A model generated the notes under the pieces. That model ran no database searches. It was not told the origin of the DNA and saw only the letters and a list, made by a program, of their open reading frames with translations. Of a DNA stretch of 19,928 nucleotides, positions 16,411 to 19,928 are shown piece by piece. This stretch comes from Candidatus Thorarchaeota archaeon (GTDB lineage: Archaea > Asgardarchaeota > Thorarchaeia > Thorarchaeales > Thorarchaeaceae): the NCBI GenBank assembly GCA_038893995.1, contig JAWAQK010000047.1, positions 1-19,928 on the forward strand, written 5' to 3'. The first letter of the stretch is position 1. The number at the start of each line of letters is the position of its first letter. The position numbers and the translations under genes were made by a program.

Positions 16411-16442
16411 AAAGAAATGGTGACCCAAGTTTCAGATGGGTC
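16411..16442 (-). terminator. Putative terminator of the NifB/NifX transcript
   Basis: Minus strand GACCCA-N9-TGGGTC hairpin followed by ACCATTTCTTT, about 35 nt after the stop at 16478. Confidence 0.4.
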
Positions 16443-16477
16443 GGTATTCTGGTCTCGTATCGGAGAAGAACCCGGTG

Positions 16478-16843
16478 TCACCTGTGATGTGCCTCGTGGC
16501 ATCCCTCGGTCACCGCGTTCAGAGACCCGCTCATGTATGCGGAGATGATCTCCTCAATAGATGTTGAGCGGGCCTGGAGTACCGATATACCCGCTCTGCG
16601 AAATAGCTCAAGTCCTCTGGGTCCTATTCCTGACACGATCACGGCGTCGGGTCGCATTTGCATTACATTGTCATGGGTGAATCCGTGACCACCAAGGTGA
16701 CTGCTTCTGTTCTCGTGAACGGAAGTCTTGACCTCCCCCTTACTGTCATCGATCTCGACCAGTACCAAGTAGGGGGCGCGTCCAAAGTGAGCACCGAGCT
16801 TCTTGCCCTGTTGGTCGTCCGATGGAATAACGATTCTCCTCAA
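16478..16843 (-). CDS. NifB/NifX (COG1433, dinitrogenase FeMo-cofactor family) protein, His-rich
   Basis: TTG start at 16843 after an AGGAGG SD, 1 nt after the upstream stop. RIVIPS, AHFGRAPY, DAVIVSGIGPRG, AGI; HLGGHGFTH loop and CHEAHHR tail. Confidence 0.88.
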   Translation of the reverse strand: MRRIVIPSDDQQGKKLGAHFGRAPYLVLVEIDDSKGEVKTSVHENRSSHLGGHGFTHDNVMQMRPDAVIVSGIGPRGLELFRRAGISVLQARSTSIEEIISAYMSGSLNAVTEGCHEAHHR

Positions 16844-16844
16844 T

Positions 16845-17279
16845 CTATCGAGCGCCTCCTTGAGACCAACGACCATGTCCCACTGCAGGTCTGGTTCCTC
16901 GGCCATGCCCAGCTCCTCCGCAGTTTCCCTGACCGAGTGTCGCAGTACTGATGGGCCTCGCCTCACCCCTGATGTATCGGTCGACCGCCTCTCTGACAGT
17001 ACTTGCGGAAGCATCGAGAACTTGGATGCCTGCAGCTCTGAGTGCGCTCATGGCATGGGGCCCAAAGTTCCCAGTCAACACACCATCGACGTGATGAGAC
17101 ACCACAAGTTGAGCTGCCTGAATCCCAGCACCCCCGACTGCCTGCGCCCCCGGGTCAGCAACTGCAGTAGTGTCATCTGTGTCAGTATCCACGATCACAG
17201 ACCAACTGCAACGTCCGAATCTTGGATCGTCTCCCAAGTTCAGAGTGTCTCCAGTCGCTGACACACACAACCTTGTCAT
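16845..17279 (-). CDS. NifB/NifX (COG1433, orange-protein-like) protein with Gly-rich tail
   Basis: ATG 17279 after a GAGGTG SD. DPRFGRC, GGAGIQAAQ, VLTGNFGPHA..L.AAGI, TVREAV; tail GQGNCGGAGHGRG. Confidence 0.9.
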   Translation of the reverse strand: MTRLCVSATGDTLNLGDDPRFGRCSWSVIVDTDTDDTTAVADPGAQAVGGAGIQAAQLVVSHHVDGVLTGNFGPHAMSALRAAGIQVLDASASTVREAVDRYIRGEARPISTATLGQGNCGGAGHGRGTRPAVGHGRWSQGGAR

Positions 17280-17309
17280 GTTCACACACCTCGTATCAGG
17301 TTCATATTT

Positions 17310-17348
17310 TGAATCAATATTCACAAACGTTATCGGGATCCATTTAAA
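17310..17348 (-). promoter_or_regulatory. Promoter of the NifB/NifX pair: TATA box plus 14-bp palindromic operator
   Basis: Minus-strand TTTAAAT (17348-17342). TGAATCAATATTCA (17310-17323) lies over the expected start site and has an identical copy at 18889-18902. Confidence 0.7.
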
Positions 17349-17440
17349 CCATCGCATAGTAACACAGTATCACGACAGACGAGCCGCCTCCCACTCGGGC
17401 TGATTGCGTTTTTCATGGGCTCTGGCCCGCCTCTGTGATT

Positions 17441-17776
17441 CTACACATACTCGCTGTCCACATCTCTGTGATCCTTGCGCCCCAGCACATAGCTACCACC
17501 TTCGATACGGATCATCCATCCGTTCACGAGGGCGGTAGCGACCTTCTGTCTTGCAGAATTGAGAGTCCTATTGAACGTGGGCTGGCTGACTTCCATTCTC
17601 TCGGATGCATCCCTCTGGTCCAGTCCCTCGAGGTCCGAAAGCCTCAGTGCCTCTAGTTCATCCACAGTGAGCACGACCTCCTCCAGGCATCTGGCCGGGA
17701 CGCCTGCTGGCTTGAAGACTGTTGTAGGAGGCATACGACTCACAAGACGACACCTTCTTCTTCGGGGCATGGCCAT
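17441..17776 (-). CDS. DUF134 (UPF0251) HTH DNA-binding protein
   Basis: MPRRRRCR, FKPAG, LTVDELEALRLSDLEGLDQ..A...MEVSQPTF.R.L.SARQKVA.ALV.G..I.IEGG is the DUF134 signature. Confidence 0.92.
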   Translation of the reverse strand: MAMPRRRRCRLVSRMPPTTVFKPAGVPARCLEEVVLTVDELEALRLSDLEGLDQRDASERMEVSQPTFNRTLNSARQKVATALVNGWMIRIEGGSYVLGRKDHRDVDSEYV

Positions 17777-17805
17777 ATCTCCATCTCATCTAGAGCAATA
17801 AAGGT

Positions 17806-18003
17806 TCACGGAAATGCGAACCAGCTGTCTGCGGGTACCCGCTTCAAGACATCATCCCACATCTCACGCAGGAGTGCCGTTAGGTCACTCTCAGGTGCAT
17901 CGAGGTCACAGTCGGCGAAGACACTCCTTGCAGATAGCACAGCAAATGCCGCACAGTGTCGACTTACCGGTCCCTCCCCCGATGCAATGGCCACTATCAA
18001 CAA
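17806..18003 (-). pseudogene. Relic of a MinD-superfamily P-loop ATPase (COG1149-like): frameshifted Walker A and large internal deletion
   Basis: Reads IVAIASG, with GGTGKSTL in a shifted frame (17977-17954), then AAFAVL..VFADCDLDAP joined directly to the C-terminal-like ESDLTALLREMW. GGTGA SD before TTG 18003. Confidence 0.75.
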
Positions 18004-18032
18004 AGTACTCTCACCCGAGATCGACATGTGGG

Positions 18033-18845
18033 TCAGAGGCCGATGGATTCGGATATTCTCCTACACAGCTCGGCAAACGACTTGGCTGACTCCGAGTCAG
18101 GCTGGCCTATGACAAACGGGGTGCCCTCGTCAGTCAGCCTTGATATTGATGGATCCATTGGTATAGAACCGAGATACGGTATGCCATAGTCTCTCGCGGC
18201 TCGCTCCACTGCTCCCTCACCCATCAGTCGATACCTGGCACCACACTTCGGGCAGACGAACTCGCCCATGTTCTCGACGACACCCAGTACTCGGACCCCC
18301 ATTCGTTGGGTGAGCTGAATGGCCCTCCTTGCTCCGAGTACGGCAACCTCTTGCGGAGTGGACACTATCAGAGTCCCATCGACTGATGGTATCAACTGAA
18401 GGATGCTCAGGATCTCGTCCCCGGTCCCGGGTGGCAGATCAACGACGAGCAGGTCCAAGTCTCCCCACTCCACATCGCTCAGGAATTGACTGATTGCCTT
18501 TGCGACCAGCGGCCCCCTCCATGCGACTGCGTCGTCTGCGTTTCTCAGGAGGAATCCCATGCTCATGACCTTCACATCGAGAGGCCCATTGACTGGAAGA
18601 ATTGACTTTTCTAGGACCTCGGGGTGTTGACCCTGCAGGCCCAATATCTTGGGGATGGTGGGTCCGTAGATGTCCACGTCGAGTATTCCAGACTTCACGT
18701 CCGACTTGGCAAATGCCATCGCCAGATTGGCGGATACGGTACTCTTCCCTACTCCCCCCTTGCCAGACAGCACCACTACTTTGTGCCTAACTCGCTTCAT
18801 CCGCTCGCGGACCTCAGTCGGGATCATGCTCTCCCTGTCCTGCAT
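18033..18845 (-). CDS. mrp: Mrp/NBP35 (ApbC) Fe-S cluster carrier ATPase
   Basis: VLSGKGGVGKS, DVDIYGP, WRGP, DLPPGTGDE, STPQ, ENM..F.CPKCG. ATG 18845 preferred over TTG 18896, which lies inside the operator. Confidence 0.95.
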   Translation of the reverse strand: MQDRESMIPTEVRERMKRVRHKVVVLSGKGGVGKSTVSANLAMAFAKSDVKSGILDVDIYGPTIPKILGLQGQHPEVLEKSILPVNGPLDVKVMSMGFLLRNADDAVAWRGPLVAKAISQFLSDVEWGDLDLLVVDLPPGTGDEILSILQLIPSVDGTLIVSTPQEVAVLGARRAIQLTQRMGVRVLGVVENMGEFVCPKCGARYRLMGEGAVERAARDYGIPYLGSIPMDPSISRLTDEGTPFVIGQPDSESAKSFAELCRRISESIGL

Positions 18846-18888
18846 AGTATTCGTTCTGCCACCTGTCGGATCTAGACCACACGTAATC

Positions 18889-18908
18889 TGAATCAATATT
18901 CATTTAAG
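18889..18908 (-). promoter_or_regulatory. mrp promoter: TATA-like box plus 14-bp palindromic operator
   Basis: TGAATCAATATTCA (18889-18902) abuts minus-strand CTTAAAT (18908-18902). Confidence 0.7.
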
Positions 18909-19123
18909 GATGGTGATATATGTGAATTCAACAAACCTCGATGTACCACTCCATACCAGGACACACTGGGTCACAGTGAACAGGTACCCATGCAGTGGAC
19001 GACGTGCGTCGTCCTTTGCTCACTGACAGTGAGTCTGGCACGTGTTTCTGGCCTGCACAGATAGATCCTGACTCCAACTATTGACCATCGTCGTTTCCTA
19101 GAGTCAGGCACCGACCTGAGCTC

Positions 19124-19858
19124 TCATGTTGGTCCATCTGGTCTGTTCTTTTCGGCCTCAGCGTATCTTCTCCTCAGAAACTCGGGCATCGACCATCCAA
19201 ACCAGGCATGGAGGACCGTGACCATCATGAAGGTCATTACGACCAGGAAGAACAGGTTACCGGTCACTGGATCAGAACCGAACAGGGAAGATGCCATGAA
19301 CAGGAAGAAGGTAGCGATGTACAGCAATGAAAAGCGACCCACGAGGATGAATTTCATCCTCGTCAGGAGCCGGGATGCCTTAGGAGCAGTTTCTCTACAT
19401 GCAAGGTACAGTGGAACATACATGCCAAGTGTCAGGATTGCAAAGGGTAGAGCCATCGTTGCAGGAGGGCCGTAGGCGATCTCCTCTCCAAGTATGGCCC
19501 TCAGTAGGAAGCCGCTCAGAAAGGAAATGGTTGGCAGATACCACCTGTTTCTCGGTCTGAATAGACCCACATAGAAGTAGGCCATTAGAGGATACGACGC
19601 AATGAAGAAGACAAAGAAGATGTAGACCAGAAGGTCAGCAGTGGCATTTGCGCCGACTGCTATTACTATGTACTCTGCGGAGACCTCAAAGATGAGTCCG
19701 ATACCCATCAACATGATCGATAGCGCAAGCGATGCTGTGAGCGGATCTCGGTCCTTTCTCCAGACCATGAGAAGTCTGAGAGATGCATAGATGAACAGTA
19801 GCGCCGATAGTGTGTTTCCCACTGCCGCAACTATGGTAGTGTTCGGATTGAGAACCAT
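19124..19858 (-). CDS. Hypothetical 7-TM membrane protein
   Basis: GAGGTGG SD before ATG 19858. About seven hydrophobic helices ending in FGWSMPEFLRR. Confidence 0.8.
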   Translation of the reverse strand: MVLNPNTTIVAAVGNTLSALLFIYASLRLLMVWRKDRDPLTASLALSIMLMGIGLIFEVSAEYIVIAVGANATADLLVYIFFVFFIASYPLMAYFYVGLFRPRNRWYLPTISFLSGFLLRAILGEEIAYGPPATMALPFAILTLGMYVPLYLACRETAPKASRLLTRMKFILVGRFSLLYIATFFLFMASSLFGSDPVTGNLFFLVVMTFMMVTVLHAWFGWSMPEFLRRRYAEAEKNRPDGPT

Positions 19859-19870
19859 CAAACATCCACC

Positions 19871-19928
19871 TCATATCTTGTCAAAGAACCTCATGGCCCT
19901 AACAGCCTCGTTCTCGTCTGACACCACA
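19871..19928 (-). CDS. 3' end of an upstream gene (truncated by the window)
   Basis: Open frame VVSDENEAVRAMRFFDKI-stop, whose TGA overlaps the SD of the 7TM gene. Confidence 0.5.
   Translation of the reverse strand, partial: VVSDENEAVRAMRFFDKI

Noticed and set aside
16201-16428. 75-aa minus-strand ORF
   Set aside because: TTG start inside a putative terminator hairpin, no SD and no recognisable motif.
16478-17279. Nitrogen fixation inferred from NifB/NifX domains
   Set aside because: COG1433 proteins are widespread in non-diazotrophic anaerobes, and no nifHDK genes are in the window.
1-19928. CRISPR arrays, IS elements, integrases, rRNA
   Set aside because: No regularly spaced repeats, transposase or recombinase motifs, or rRNA signature sequences were seen.

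Overview
Archaeal DNA, inferred from TATA-like boxes, GGAGGTG-type Shine-Dalgarno (SD) sites and ATGA/TGATG-coupled genes. Gene content suggests an Asgard archaeon such as Thorarchaeota, but that is inference only. The + strand (1-7507) carries the 3' end of an ADP-forming acyl-CoA synthetase, a membrane protein, pyruvate phosphate dikinase, an SDR-type L-threonine 3-dehydrogenase and a membrane-anchored alpha/beta hydrolase. The - strand (19928 to 7883) carries a 7TM protein, then an Fe-S/metal-cofactor maturation module (Mrp/NBP35, a decayed MinD-like ATPase, DUF134, two NifB/NifX proteins), then a heterodisulfide reductase cluster: hdrL-type hdrA with a GltD/NfnB-like insert, [internal promoter], hdrC, hdrB, hdrA core, complementary hdrA, mvhD and a small winged-helix gene. 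Main observations: (i) three mutually incomplete HdrA paralogs whose motifs predict a heterodimer with two swappable partners, one with and one without an NADPH module; (ii) a ~280-nt near-identical tract shared by those two partners; (iii) an identical 14-bp palindromic operator at two promoters flanking DUF134; (iv) a frameshifted, internally deleted ATPase relic; (v) several structured intergenic elements, including box C/D kink-turn motifs. No selenocysteine, tRNA, rRNA, CRISPR array or transposase was seen.
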